64,000 bases of DNA. It comes from Candidatus Brockarchaeota archaeon. GTDB taxonomy: Archaea > Thermoproteota > EX4484-205 > JAAOZP01. Of this stretch, positions 17,650-26,668 are shown one piece after another (position 1 is the stretch's first letter; every line of letters begins with the position of its first letter). The notes below the pieces were generated by a model. The model did no database searches and had not been told where the DNA came from. It saw only the letters and a list, made by a program, of their open reading frames with translations. The DNA lies in contig JAFNIT010000003.1 in NCBI GenBank assembly GCA_017601345.1, forward strand, positions 4,994 through 68,993. Direction: 5' to 3'. The position numbers and the translations under genes are program-made.

Positions 17650-18717
17650 GTGGTTTTAGAAAACTTATTAACTCTTTTTCTGAAAGTTTTGAGAATAACG
17701 ATGCTGGAAGAAAACACGACGTTGTTAATGATTATTTCAGGATTAGCAGGTTTATTGGTTTCCTGGGTAGTAATGAAATACATACTTAAAAACTTTGTTA
17801 GACGTGGAATATTTGGAGTAGATTATCATAAGCCTGACAGGCCGCAAATACCTGAAATGGGCGGTTTAGCCTTTATCGCAGGTGTTGCAGCAGCCTCCAT
17901 GCATATGCTTTTACTAAAAACTTATTTTGTCGAAGTTCTTGGAGTGCTGGCTACGGTGCTGGCAACGGGCATAGTGGGCATAGTTGATGACCGCATGAAG
18001 CTTAGCGCGGTTGCGAAGCCGGTTCTCACCGCTATAGCAGGCATACCTCTAATAATTATTCATCCCTACAAGGGTACTCTTGTCCTACCGTTTGGGATCG
18101 GCTTCAGAATCCCCTTGCTATATGTTATCCTAATCCCAGGAATGCTTGCAGTAGTGTCTAACTCAATCAACATGTTTGACACTGTGAATGGGGCTGCTAC
18201 AGGATCGTCGCTCCTAACCTTGATAACAATGTTTACGACCATTGTTTTAAAATATTTTATGAGAGGAGGGTATGATGCTAATTTGGCGGGGTTAATGTTC
18301 ACTACTATCTTTTTCCCACTGCTAGTATTATTCGTATACAACAAGTATCCTGCTAAGGTTTTTGTAGGAGACACTGGCACCCTCTCTATAGGAGGGGCGC
18401 TCGTAGCATTCTCAGTGATCAATAGTTGTGAAACATTATTGGTAATCAGCTTGCTTCCTCATCTCACTAACGGTTTCTTCAACCTTTCGAGCGTCGGGAG
18501 GCTTTTTGAGAGATCGGAATTGAACGTGAGGCCGATAATTGTTTCTGACGACGGGTCGATACTTGCAAATAGGGATTCGAAAGCACCCATAACATTAACG
18601 AGGTTTATCGCAGCATTAGGCTTTAGAAGCGAGAAGGAGATCATAAAAGCGATGATGACATTATGCGCATTATCGGATTTACTAGTTATCCTGACAATTG
18701 TCTTAAGATTGTGGTGA
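17650..18717 (+). CDS. glycosyltransferase family 4 (MraY/WecA-like) dolichyl-phosphate HexNAc-1-phosphate transferase, AglH-like
   Basis: Multi-pass membrane protein with IVDDRMKL, NSINMFDTVNG and VFVGDTGTLSIGG motifs. ATG at 17701 is an alternative start. Confidence 0.8.
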   Translation: MVLENLLTLFLKVLRITMLEENTTLLMIISGLAGLLVSWVVMKYILKNFVRRGIFGVDYHKPDRPQIPEMGGLAFIAGVAAASMHMLLLKTYFVEVLGVLATVLATGIVGIVDDRMKLSAVAKPVLTAIAGIPLIIIHPYKGTLVLPFGIGFRIPLLYVILIPGMLAVVSNSINMFDTVNGAATGSSLLTLITMFTTIVLKYFMRGGYDANLAGLMFTTIFFPLLVLFVYNKYPAKVFVGDTGTLSIGGALVAFSVINSCETLLVISLLPHLTNGFFNLSSVGRLFERSELNVRPIIVSDDGSILANRDSKAPITLTRFIAALGFRSEKEIIKAMMTLCALSDLLVILTIVLRLW

Positions 18718-18721
18718 GAGA

Positions 18722-18973
18722 ATGGGCAAGATCCTAAATCTTAAGCCATTGATTCTGATAATCTTGTTTAACTATTTCGTAATCGTATTTGGGTCTCAGG
18801 TTCTTTACGTTATTCAAGTGAATATTGAAAAGTTTTTGAGACCCTTAGCACCAAGGTTGCTCATAGGACTTGTCCAAGCATCTGTAGGATTATCCCTTAT
18901 ACTTCTATGGATATTCGTATGGCTCAAGCTGTATAAGCACCTGTTTTTAAAAGAAATTAGCAAGAGCAACTAA
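18722..18973 (+). CDS. small hypothetical membrane protein
   Basis: 83 aa with two hydrophobic helices. Starts 5 nt after the GT4 gene. Confidence 0.35.
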   Translation: MGKILNLKPLILIILFNYFVIVFGSQVLYVIQVNIEKFLRPLAPRLLIGLVQASVGLSLILLWIFVWLKLYKHLFLKEISKSN

Positions 18974-18976
18974 AGA

Positions 18977-20035
18977 TCAGGATAGATTTAAACAGGTTTC
19001 CGCAATCTTCTCAGCTGGATCCTCCATCTTTCTAAGCCTCATTAAAGACGAGAACCTCTTATCCTTGTCAAATTCTGCTGAAACAATTTTCTCAAGCCAT
19101 CGGCGTAAACCTCTCTCGTCAACCGCTTTAATCAATAAGCCTTTTTCAATTAAGAAATTCTCCACAATCGTAGAGGAAGGGTAGAGGGATATTGCGGGGA
19201 CGCCCATGAGCACTGCTTCTGTACTCATCGTTCCTCCGGCACCGATAAAGCATTTAGAATAGAAAAGGACGGAGCGAGTATCCTCGCCGTGTTCAAGTAT
19301 TACTGCATCACCATCTCTAAGGATTTTTTGGTATGTTTTCCTCTCGTATCTGGGTACGATTACAAGCTTCATACTTCTTAAGCTCTTTTCTCGAAAATAT
19401 ACTTTTGAGACTGTTTCAAGAGTCAGGTTTTTACTATCCAAGTAGGAGGCTTCGTATTCCTCAGGTCTATAAACTATGTATTCTCCTTCAGATAAGTCGT
19501 ATTTCCTCAAAACATTTTTATTGGGAGCGAAGTCTCTTAACCATGCAACCGGGTCTAGAGAATTGTATGTAACAATGTTTTCCTTACTTATGCCGTAATC
19601 GAGCCAAGCTTTTTTCCCAACAATCCTAGGGGTTAAGAGCTTGCGGCTTAAGGGAATCGTTAGCTTCGCCACATAGAGTGAGTGTGGAGAATCGTTAACA
19701 GAGATATGAGGGATGTTTAACCCGAATGAAGCCCTAGCCGCCTCCGGCGAGCTGAAACTTAATACGGTGTCTGGAGAAAGCTTCCTCAATATTTTTGAAA
19801 GCATTAGAGTCCTCTCCAGCGATGAAACAAGCTTGTTATAAAGATCACGCCCTCCATGCCTCCCTATGATTATCGGCTTAATACGAGACAGTTTGAAAAT
19901 ATTAGTTAATTCGATATATTCACGAGATATGATATATGTTTCGCAACCCTTCTTCTCAAGCCTCTCTTTAACCTTGCCGAATAAGAGGGCTTGCTTGGGC
20001 GTGAGCACGTCTATCGTAATTCTTTTCTTAACCAA
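18977..20035 (-). CDS. DUF354-family protein (GT-B/epimerase-like, associated with nucleotide-sugar genes)
   Basis: The track ORF runs to 20209, but the conserved part begins KRITIDVLTPKQALLFGKVKERLEKKG. An in-frame TTG at 20035 avoids overlap with the divergent dehydrogenase gene. Confidence 0.65.
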   Translation of the reverse strand: MVKKRITIDVLTPKQALLFGKVKERLEKKGCETYIISREYIELTNIFKLSRIKPIIIGRHGGRDLYNKLVSSLERTLMLSKILRKLSPDTVLSFSSPEAARASFGLNIPHISVNDSPHSLYVAKLTIPLSRKLLTPRIVGKKAWLDYGISKENIVTYNSLDPVAWLRDFAPNKNVLRKYDLSEGEYIVYRPEEYEASYLDSKNLTLETVSKVYFREKSLRSMKLVIVPRYERKTYQKILRDGDAVILEHGEDTRSVLFYSKCFIGAGGTMSTEAVLMGVPAISLYPSSTIVENFLIEKGLLIKAVDERGLRRWLEKIVSAEFDKDKRFSSLMRLRKMEDPAEKIAETCLNLS

Positions 20036-20122
20036 TTTTGGCTTAGAAGCAGGGCAGGATATTATTATTCCTTTAGGTTTTATACAGTTAATCTTAAAAA
20101 GATGCTTAACACGTTGAATCGA

Positions 20123-21538
20123 ATGAAGCCGTTCCTTGCAACACCTAGGAAGGCTGTTGAAAATCTTAAAAAGGGCGTCTACAGTGTTGGAGTATTCGGG
20201 TTTGGGCATGTTGGCTCAATAATTGGAGTAGGCTGGGGTCTTGCAGGAGCAAGGATAATTGGTATGACTTTAGACAGGAAGGCTATAAGAATGTTTGAAT
20301 CGGGGATTTCACCATTTCCTGAAGAGGCTTATCTGTCTGAACACATAAGCGTGTTAAGAAGAAGGGGATTGCTTGAGGTCACAGACGATTACCACTATGG
20401 AGCACGCAAATCTGATATTAAAATAATCGCCGTTCCCGTGTATCTTTCTGAGGAAAAGAAGCCAGATCTAGCTCCGGTAGTAGAAGTATCTAAAAAGATA
20501 GGGGAATACATCTCCAAGGGGGATGTTGTGATTGTTGAAACATCTTTACCTCCTGGAACAACGCGCAACCTGATTAAGCCGATTCTTGAAGAAAAAAGCG
20601 GTTTTAAGGCGGATGAAGACTTTGCATTAGCCTACAGTCCTGAAAGAATCTCTGCCGGTACAGCTCTAGAAGACTTCTTAGAGAAGTATCCGAAGATAGT
20701 TGGTTGTGATTCTCTCAAAAGCCTTGAGCTAGTTTCAGAATTATATTCAGCCGTGGTCAAGAAGGGTGTTATCAAAATGTCCAGCACATTAGCTGCGGAA
20801 ACCGAGAAGCTTTTCGAAGGAATATACCGTGATGTTAACATAGCTTTAGCCAACGAGCTTGCTACCTTCTGCGAGAAAATAGGAGTTTCTTTCGACGAGG
20901 TGCAGAAAGCAGCTAACTCTCAGCCTTTCTCCCATTTGCATAATCCAGGTATCGGCGTTGGAGGAGCCTGCATCCCAGTATATCCTTATTTCGTCCTAGA
21001 AGCTGCAACCAAACATGGTATAAAGCTTCAGATCACTCAGCTAGCGAGGAGCATTAATGAACAAGCAACTGAAACTTTTATCAGAAAGATTATGGATGCG
21101 GTTAGGCTTCTGCAAAAAGAACCTGTCCATTGCAATTTTGCACTATTAGGGTTATCTTTCAGGGGAGGGACGTCCGACACAAGGCTTTCTCCAGCTTTGA
21201 AAATACTTAGCTTTATTGAAAAACTCGGAGCAAGCATCAGGGTTTGCGACCCGCTTGTTGAAAAACTCGAAGGCAAGAACTATGAGGTAATTAAGGACTG
21301 GAGAAAAGCGGTTAAGGGCGCTGATGTAATAATTATCGCAAGCGACCATAGAGAGTTTCATGAAATCAGAATAGGAGAAGCCTCCGAACTTGCTGGAAAA
21401 GACTTGGCAATCTTAGACGGGAAAAACGTCATCAACGATTTTAACGCTAAACCACGGTATCGAGTGCTATACGTGGGAACAGGCAGACCGTCTTTTATAA
21501 TAAAGCCAGACAGCCGTAAAGAACGCGTAGAGATATAA
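20123..21538 (+). CDS. nucleotide-sugar 6-dehydrogenase (UDP-ManNAc/UDP-Glc dehydrogenase family)
   Basis: Rossmann motif VGVFGFGHVGS, catalytic region NPGIGVGGACIPVYPY, C-terminal LGLSFRGGTSDTRLSPA. The track start at 19991 is probably too far upstream; ATG at 20102 or 20123 is likelier. Confidence 0.85.
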   Translation: MKPFLATPRKAVENLKKGVYSVGVFGFGHVGSIIGVGWGLAGARIIGMTLDRKAIRMFESGISPFPEEAYLSEHISVLRRRGLLEVTDDYHYGARKSDIKIIAVPVYLSEEKKPDLAPVVEVSKKIGEYISKGDVVIVETSLPPGTTRNLIKPILEEKSGFKADEDFALAYSPERISAGTALEDFLEKYPKIVGCDSLKSLELVSELYSAVVKKGVIKMSSTLAAETEKLFEGIYRDVNIALANELATFCEKIGVSFDEVQKAANSQPFSHLHNPGIGVGGACIPVYPYFVLEAATKHGIKLQITQLARSINEQATETFIRKIMDAVRLLQKEPVHCNFALLGLSFRGGTSDTRLSPALKILSFIEKLGASIRVCDPLVEKLEGKNYEVIKDWRKAVKGADVIIIASDHREFHEIRIGEASELAGKDLAILDGKNVINDFNAKPRYRVLYVGTGRPSFIIKPDSRKERVEI

Positions 21539-21603
21539 ATCTCCCGAGTCGTAGAGATAAAAGTTATTAAATCCCCTTTAAGCAAATTTTCAACAGCCCG
21601 GGA

Positions 21604-21711
21604 AGCCCGGTGGAGCCGACTAGCGCACCGATTGTAATGGCAAAGCACCGCGCCAAGACATGGGGGGCTTTGGACCCCTTGATGAGAGTTCGAGTCTCTC
21701 CCGGGCTACCA
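21604..21711 (+). tRNA. tRNA-Gln (anticodon TTG) with encoded CCA and two tentative D-arm introns
   Basis: Clear 3' two-thirds: GGGGG-CTTTGGA-CCCCT, GAGAG-TTCGAGT-CTCTC, CCGGGCT-A-CCA. The 5' acceptor is AGCCCGG. The gene is 31 nt too long; removing 21614-21632 and 21641-21652 gives a D arm GTGT-AATGGCCAAG-ACAT. Confidence 0.75.
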
Positions 21712-22144
21712 TTTTCACTTCCAAGCATCACTTAAATAGTTAAAAGCGAATTGAAAACCAGTAATGCACTTAACCATAGGAACATGCTTCCTTTCAACCC
21801 TGTATCTCTGCACGCTTCCTGCAACCGTCTGATTCCATTAGGAGCGCGGCTCTGCCTACCCTATATAAAGAGAGTACGATACTTAGTTTAACGTTTAGGT
21901 TGCTGATGACTTTTTCCATCGAGTATTGCGGTTTCTCTCCCAGCCAGGCTGGATGCTTCCTCTACCTTCTGTGGCGCTTCTTCACGGGTTTCAAACCCTT
22001 GCTTACTAAGAACTCGTTCATCATTTCCTCATTCTTGTTCATCTTCCCTGCTTCAACCATTACGTCGACTATTCTCATAGCTTCCTCGATAACTTGCTCA
22101 TCGAGGACTCATAGAGTATTCTATTAGATTTGCAAACTAAGCGT

Positions 22145-23893
22145 TTACAACCCTAATTTCTCTAGGGATCTATAGATATCGTCTGCAGCAGCCTCGCGCC
22201 TCCTTCTATTATCCTTTAAGTATTTCCTGCTGAGGTTTTCGAAGACACTTCTTGTAATCCGCCCGCTTCCAAACTTTTCTATCGTATTGTCAATCATTTT
22301 CCTCAAGTCGCTATTAACTTCCTTGAAAACGTCGTAGCTTCTTTTTACTTCTTCTCCGATCCTTGGGTTTTTAGCTGAGATCTGCTCTACAGTTTTAATA
22401 ATCTTCCTCTCTAATCCCGAGATCCTCCGCTCGTACTCTTCTAGGCTTATTTTGTACTCTTTTGAGGAAAGCCTTCCAAGCGCGTTTTTGACCTTGGCTT
22501 CTTCCAGACGGGTCTCGTATTCGATTCTTTCAGCAAGGGCTTCCACCGTTTTCTCCACTAGGCTTTTAATCTCCTTCTCTTCCTTAAGTTCTTCAACCGG
22601 TCTCACAGCTTTTTCTCTAAACATGTCGGCAACTATGAGTATTGCAAGCGTTAACAATCCAAGCATTATTGAAATACCTCTGCCAGCCGCTATCTGTACG
22701 TGAGTAAAAGTAATACTCAGCGGCTGAACCAAAAGGCTTGGCATAGCATTAGCAACACTGGTAGAAAATACGCCGTTTTTCTCAACATCTATGGCTATTG
22801 AATCTACCAGTATCTTCCAGTTTCCTCCGCTTTCCACTTTCACGCTTAAAGAGTAAGCATTTACAACATCGCTGTAGTTCGCTAGATCTTTAATCAGTAT
22901 GCTGATTCTCCCTCCACTTACAGCCGTAATAGTGTTTTTAATAGGAATATCGTATTCAACTGTTGCTTCATATTCCTGACTAGGGTTTAAAGAGTATCTG
23001 GAGTAGACTCTTATTATACTCGTATTCTCTGTCAATGTATTAGTGTATGCTCGTAAGGAGCCGAGTGCATCCTTAACCCTAACAGCCCGACTAATACTGG
23101 ATGGAAGAATTATATTCAATATCTCGCTTGTACTTCGCTCTCCTATGTATTTTATTCTTAATCGGTCTCTTACTGTAACATCCAGATACCCCGTCACCAC
23201 TATCTCTCTATGCAGGCTTTTTATCACACATTTTTCAAATGCTTCAGGAAAGGCTATTGAACCATTAATGCTTTCAACAATTTTTGTCCTGAAATAGGTC
23301 TTCCATAATCCCACGCAAGTATTATTCTCAAAAATAAGGTCAAAGTAGGGAAGGTATTGGCTATAGAGTTCTATTCTTCCGCTTGTTCTAAAAGTAAAAT
23401 TAACATATTTCGGCATAATGTTGAAGCCTGTTAAGACAGGCAGTTTAAAAAACACCGTACGCCCCACTATTTTATCGCGCTGCACGAAACCGATTCTAAG
23501 GATTATGTTTAACGAGTCGCCGTCGATAGGGGGAATTTCTGCGGCGAGATAATCATAATCAGTCCCATTCTCTAAGCGTATCCGGATTCTTTTACCATTA
23601 TTCAAAAGCAGACTAGGAATTTCCGTTGAATTAACCAAATTTGGGGAGGCCCATTTCGGAAGCTGTATTCTTAGAGTCCAATTAGCTTCCTTTAACTCTT
23701 CTAACGCCCAGGGTCCAAGCGTCATGTTAGCAGTGTAAAATGCAATCGCATCCCCACTCATGTTAACCCTTAAGTCAACACAGAAGTCTGAGAGAAATAC
23801 CTGTGCTGACACGTTTGACTCAATCAAGATGCTTAATACTATTGTTAAGACGAGAAGGGGCACTATCCTCCTTTTTATCCCTCGCTGCTGCAT
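22145..23893 (-). CDS. large hypothetical single-pass membrane protein (extracellular domain, TM helix, cytoplasmic coiled coil)
   Basis: 582 aa. Signal-like N-terminus VPLLVLTIVLSILIES, many N-x-S/T sequons, TM helix ISIMLGLLTLAILIVADMF, then a charged heptad-like C-terminal tail. Confidence 0.5.
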   Translation of the reverse strand: MQQRGIKRRIVPLLVLTIVLSILIESNVSAQVFLSDFCVDLRVNMSGDAIAFYTANMTLGPWALEELKEANWTLRIQLPKWASPNLVNSTEIPSLLLNNGKRIRIRLENGTDYDYLAAEIPPIDGDSLNIILRIGFVQRDKIVGRTVFFKLPVLTGFNIMPKYVNFTFRTSGRIELYSQYLPYFDLIFENNTCVGLWKTYFRTKIVESINGSIAFPEAFEKCVIKSLHREIVVTGYLDVTVRDRLRIKYIGERSTSEILNIILPSSISRAVRVKDALGSLRAYTNTLTENTSIIRVYSRYSLNPSQEYEATVEYDIPIKNTITAVSGGRISILIKDLANYSDVVNAYSLSVKVESGGNWKILVDSIAIDVEKNGVFSTSVANAMPSLLVQPLSITFTHVQIAAGRGISIMLGLLTLAILIVADMFREKAVRPVEELKEEKEIKSLVEKTVEALAERIEYETRLEEAKVKNALGRLSSKEYKISLEEYERRISGLERKIIKTVEQISAKNPRIGEEVKRSYDVFKEVNSDLRKMIDNTIEKFGSGRITRSVFENLSRKYLKDNRRRREAAADDIYRSLEKLGL

Positions 23894-23957
23894 TGCTAGC
23901 CGTATTTTTAAACAGTGGTTAAAAAACCTTTATTTACGCAACACGTGATTTTAAACA

Positions 23958-24662
23958 ATGCTCCAGAACTATATTTCAGAAAGAGCAATTGTCCATCCGA
24001 CAGTCAGGTTTGAAGGAGGTAATCTTGTTCTAGGTGAGAGTCAGATAGGTGAGCAAACGTACATTGGGCTAAGCACTATAATAGGATACCCCTCTAAGAA
24101 AAGCCTCAATAAGATTCCCCGCGATATTAACGACTTGGACTCATTATCCAAAGGTGCTAGAGTAGGCTCCATGTGTTTCATAAGGTCTGGAAGCGTTATT
24201 TACGAAGAGGTTTTTATCGGCAGAAAGCTGGTAACCGGTCACAACGTCCTCATAAGAGAAGGAAGTCGTATTGGAAATAACTGCTTAATCGGAACGGGGA
24301 CGATGCTCGATGGAAGCGTTCAAATAGGAAATAACGTTAGGATTCAATCCAGCGTATACCTTCCGCACGGCACTATTGTTGGAGAAAATGTTTTCATAGG
24401 TCCCCATGCATGCATCACCAACGACCGCTACCCAGTTTCGAAAAAACTCCTTCCCGTTATAATAGGGAACGATTGTATAATAGGAGCGAATTCGACGATA
24501 ATATCCGGAGTACACGTCGGAGATAACTCAGTGATTGCGGCAGGATCTGTGGTCACGAAGGATGTTCCGCCCAACGTGGTTGTTATGGGGGTTCCGGCAA
24601 GAATATATTTATCCAGAGAGGAGTATGAGAAGAGAAAGGTGAAGCACGAGCATGGGGAGTGA
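23958..24662 (+). CDS. hexapeptide-repeat (left-handed beta-helix) acyl/acetyltransferase
   Basis: 234 aa with repeated [LIV]-G-x-x-x-x hexads (IGNNCLIGTGTMLDGSVQIGNNVRIQSSVYL...IGANSTIISGVHVGDNSVIAAGSVV). Confidence 0.8.
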   Translation: MLQNYISERAIVHPTVRFEGGNLVLGESQIGEQTYIGLSTIIGYPSKKSLNKIPRDINDLDSLSKGARVGSMCFIRSGSVIYEEVFIGRKLVTGHNVLIREGSRIGNNCLIGTGTMLDGSVQIGNNVRIQSSVYLPHGTIVGENVFIGPHACITNDRYPVSKKLLPVIIGNDCIIGANSTIISGVHVGDNSVIAAGSVVTKDVPPNVVVMGVPARIYLSREEYEKRKVKHEHGE

Positions 24663-24948
24663 TATTGTCTCGGAAGTGAGAAAGGCCATTTCAGATGTCG
24701 TTGACCCTGAGATAGGGTTGACACTTGGAGAGCTCAACCTGATTAAAGATGTTAGAATAGAAGGAGACATGGTCGTTGTCGAGTTCATTGCTACGACGCC
24801 GTTCTGCCCCCTCGCCGAGGCTCTTGCAATGATGGTGAGAGACGCTGCTAAAGACGCTGCTAAAGGAAAGAACGTTGCCGTATATATTAGAAACCATATA
24901 AATGAGGAAGGCATTAATAAAAGAGTCAATGAGAATCAGACTCAGTAA
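24652..24948 (+). CDS. DUF59/MIP18-family Fe-S cluster assembly protein
   Basis: 98 aa. VRKAISDVVDPEIGLTLGELNLIKDVRIEGDMVVVEFIATTPFCPLAEAL is the classic DUF59 pattern. Confidence 0.8.
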   Translation: MGSDIVSEVRKAISDVVDPEIGLTLGELNLIKDVRIEGDMVVVEFIATTPFCPLAEALAMMVRDAAKDAAKGKNVAVYIRNHINEEGINKRVNENQTQ

Positions 24949-25988
24949 ACCCTGTATCTCAGAATAGCGCCTATGCCGCCGATGCTCCTAAGCTTCTCCG
25001 CGGACTCATGTCTTCCACTAACTATCGTCACCTTGCCGCCATACGCCTCTACCATACGCATCATGTCTGCCACCCTATTCAATAGGTCGCTGGACTTAGA
25101 TGCCAGTTTAGCGTGTATTACCAAATGGTCTACAGCCCCTTTCTCAACAGCCTTCCAGGTTTCTTCAAAACCATACACAGCCTTTTCCTCAACCATATTC
25201 TTAAGAAGATCCTCAACAGCCACCATCTCGTCAATGCTCTTCAACTCCTTCGCCACCACCTTCATCTCGCCGCTTCTAAGAAACCCGTAAATCGCTGACA
25301 GTGTTCCGCCAGAAGCATGGAAACAGCCTATTACAGCACTGTGAATATCCCTATACTCTTCTTTCAGAAACCTTAGGAAAGGCTCGTAAACGACGCTCAA
25401 TCCGATTAAGACTATCATCGGCTTCTCTCTAAGCCAAGCCTCCCTCAATACCTTAGCAGTCTCGTGGAAAAACCTTTTTACTGAGGCTTCGCGTTCCGCA
25501 GGGAAGTTTTTACCAGGCATGTCCTGCTCTACCTCAAAGCTTTCAACAACGCCGTAATCCTTTACGAGAGCAATAGTAGAAGACCCGAGCTCGATGGCTA
25601 CGATGATGAACTTTTGAGTACTCACTTCTCGGCTCAGGATTCTCCTCTGGATCGGAGAAATCCCTTTTTTCTCGAGGACAAGCGTATCGCCAACTCTTAT
25701 CGAAAGAGTATGGTAATGACCCTTAACACCCTCAAGATCCTCCGGGCATTCTACGACACGCCCTCTGAGACGAATACTCTCTGAGGAAACGTCGAATTCA
25801 ACGCTTTCAACAACTATCTTTATGAAAACCTTACGCCTGACCTTCTCCTCTCCACCAACTTTAACAACCCTAGTGGTCTCAGAAAGAGCACGGTCACCCT
25901 CATCTATAAGGTGAAAAGCCTTCCACAACTCCTCTCCAGAAAACGGCTTAACCTCCAGAATGCTCTTGTCGTAGTCTACTCTGATCAT
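24942..25988 (-). CDS. pelA: mRNA surveillance protein Pelota
   Basis: Three eRF1-like domains. The family-typical start is MIRVDYDKSILEVKPFSGEELWKAFHLIDEGD at 25988; the track start at 26090 adds an unlikely 34-aa extension. Confidence 0.85.
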   Translation of the reverse strand: MIRVDYDKSILEVKPFSGEELWKAFHLIDEGDRALSETTRVVKVGGEEKVRRKVFIKIVVESVEFDVSSESIRLRGRVVECPEDLEGVKGHYHTLSIRVGDTLVLEKKGISPIQRRILSREVSTQKFIIVAIELGSSTIALVKDYGVVESFEVEQDMPGKNFPAEREASVKRFFHETAKVLREAWLREKPMIVLIGLSVVYEPFLRFLKEEYRDIHSAVIGCFHASGGTLSAIYGFLRSGEMKVVAKELKSIDEMVAVEDLLKNMVEEKAVYGFEETWKAVEKGAVDHLVIHAKLASKSSDLLNRVADMMRMVEAYGGKVTIVSGRHESAEKLRSIGGIGAILRYRVY

Positions 25989-26180
25989 TAACAACACTTC
26001 CTCCTCGCTTGCGAAACCCGTGTCAACCTCTCTCAGTAAAAGAGAGAAAATATAAGTATTGTTTGAATTCTTCATCAGCTGGAGGGGCATGTACTTCTTT
26101 ATTCAACGATGAGAAAATGTAGCAACTATTTCATCTAACGAAACTCTGAGAGCGATTATGAATGCTAAACCCTTTAAAAG

Positions 26181-26322
26181 CGCCGGCGGGAAGATTCTCG
26201 CCATTTCTATATATTTATGGTCTCGAACTTCCGACCAACGGGTTTATGCCCGTGCGCGTAGCGCGCAACGGTTAACAGCCCGCTGCTCTAGGCTGTTAAA
26301 CTACCTGCTGAGCTACGCCGGC
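26181..26322 (-). tRNA. tRNA-Asn (anticodon GTT) with three introns
   Basis: 142 nt. Exons give GCCGGCG-TA-GCTC-AGCAGGTA-GAGC-A-GCGGG-CTGTTAA-CCCGT-TGGTC-GGAAG-TTCGAAT-CTTCC-CGCCGGC-G (73 nt). Inserts lie at about 26289-26301 (13 nt), 26244-26272 (29 nt) and 26196-26222 (27 nt). Confidence 0.8.
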
Positions 26323-26433
26323 CCGCCGGCTGATAGTCTGAAATCAAGGAAGGTTAAATATTTTTCGCCCTTATCTTTAGGAGAAACTAAATTTCAAAGC
26401 GTATTTCTTATTTTAGTTATAGTTTCTCGAATC

Positions 26434-26619
26434 TTACTCCCTTAGCCGCGATATGAGCCCTATTACGCCAAGTATCAGCAGTATTAGGCCGGCGAATAGG
26501 AAGAACGGGTACATTTTATCCAGAGCTTCCCCAGTATCTACAGTGTAGTATAGGAGTAGGGCTCCGCAACACGTTAATAGTATTGCGAACAGTTTTGCTA
26601 CCACCACGTCTATTTTCAA
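26434..26619 (-). CDS. small hypothetical membrane protein
   Basis: 61 aa with two hydrophobic helices. No family recognised. Confidence 0.35.
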   Translation of the reverse strand: MKIDVVVAKLFAILLTCCGALLLYYTVDTGEALDKMYPFFLFAGLILLILGVIGLISRLRE

Positions 26620-26668
26620 ACCGCCTTCAGCACCAAGACCCTTAAGATAAATCTTTCTTTCCGTCCGT

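Noticed and set aside
21358-21648. 96-aa minus-strand ORF, and the neighbouring 21900..22127 ORF
   Set aside because: The first overlaps the 3' end of the dehydrogenase gene and the tRNA-Gln gene. The second has no family signal and an implausible composition.
21962-22078. 38-codon minus-strand ORF (MRIVDVMVEAGKMNKNEEMMNEFLVSKGLKPVKKRHRR) downstream of tRNA-Gln
   Set aside because: It is too short, has no recognisable family and has no obvious ribosome-binding or promoter signal. I noted it only because genes under 60 aa are absent from the track.
26158-26445. 95-aa plus-strand ORF
   Set aside because: It spans the three-intron tRNA-Asn gene on the opposite strand. The R/S/A-rich product reflects the GC-rich RNA gene and not coding sequence.
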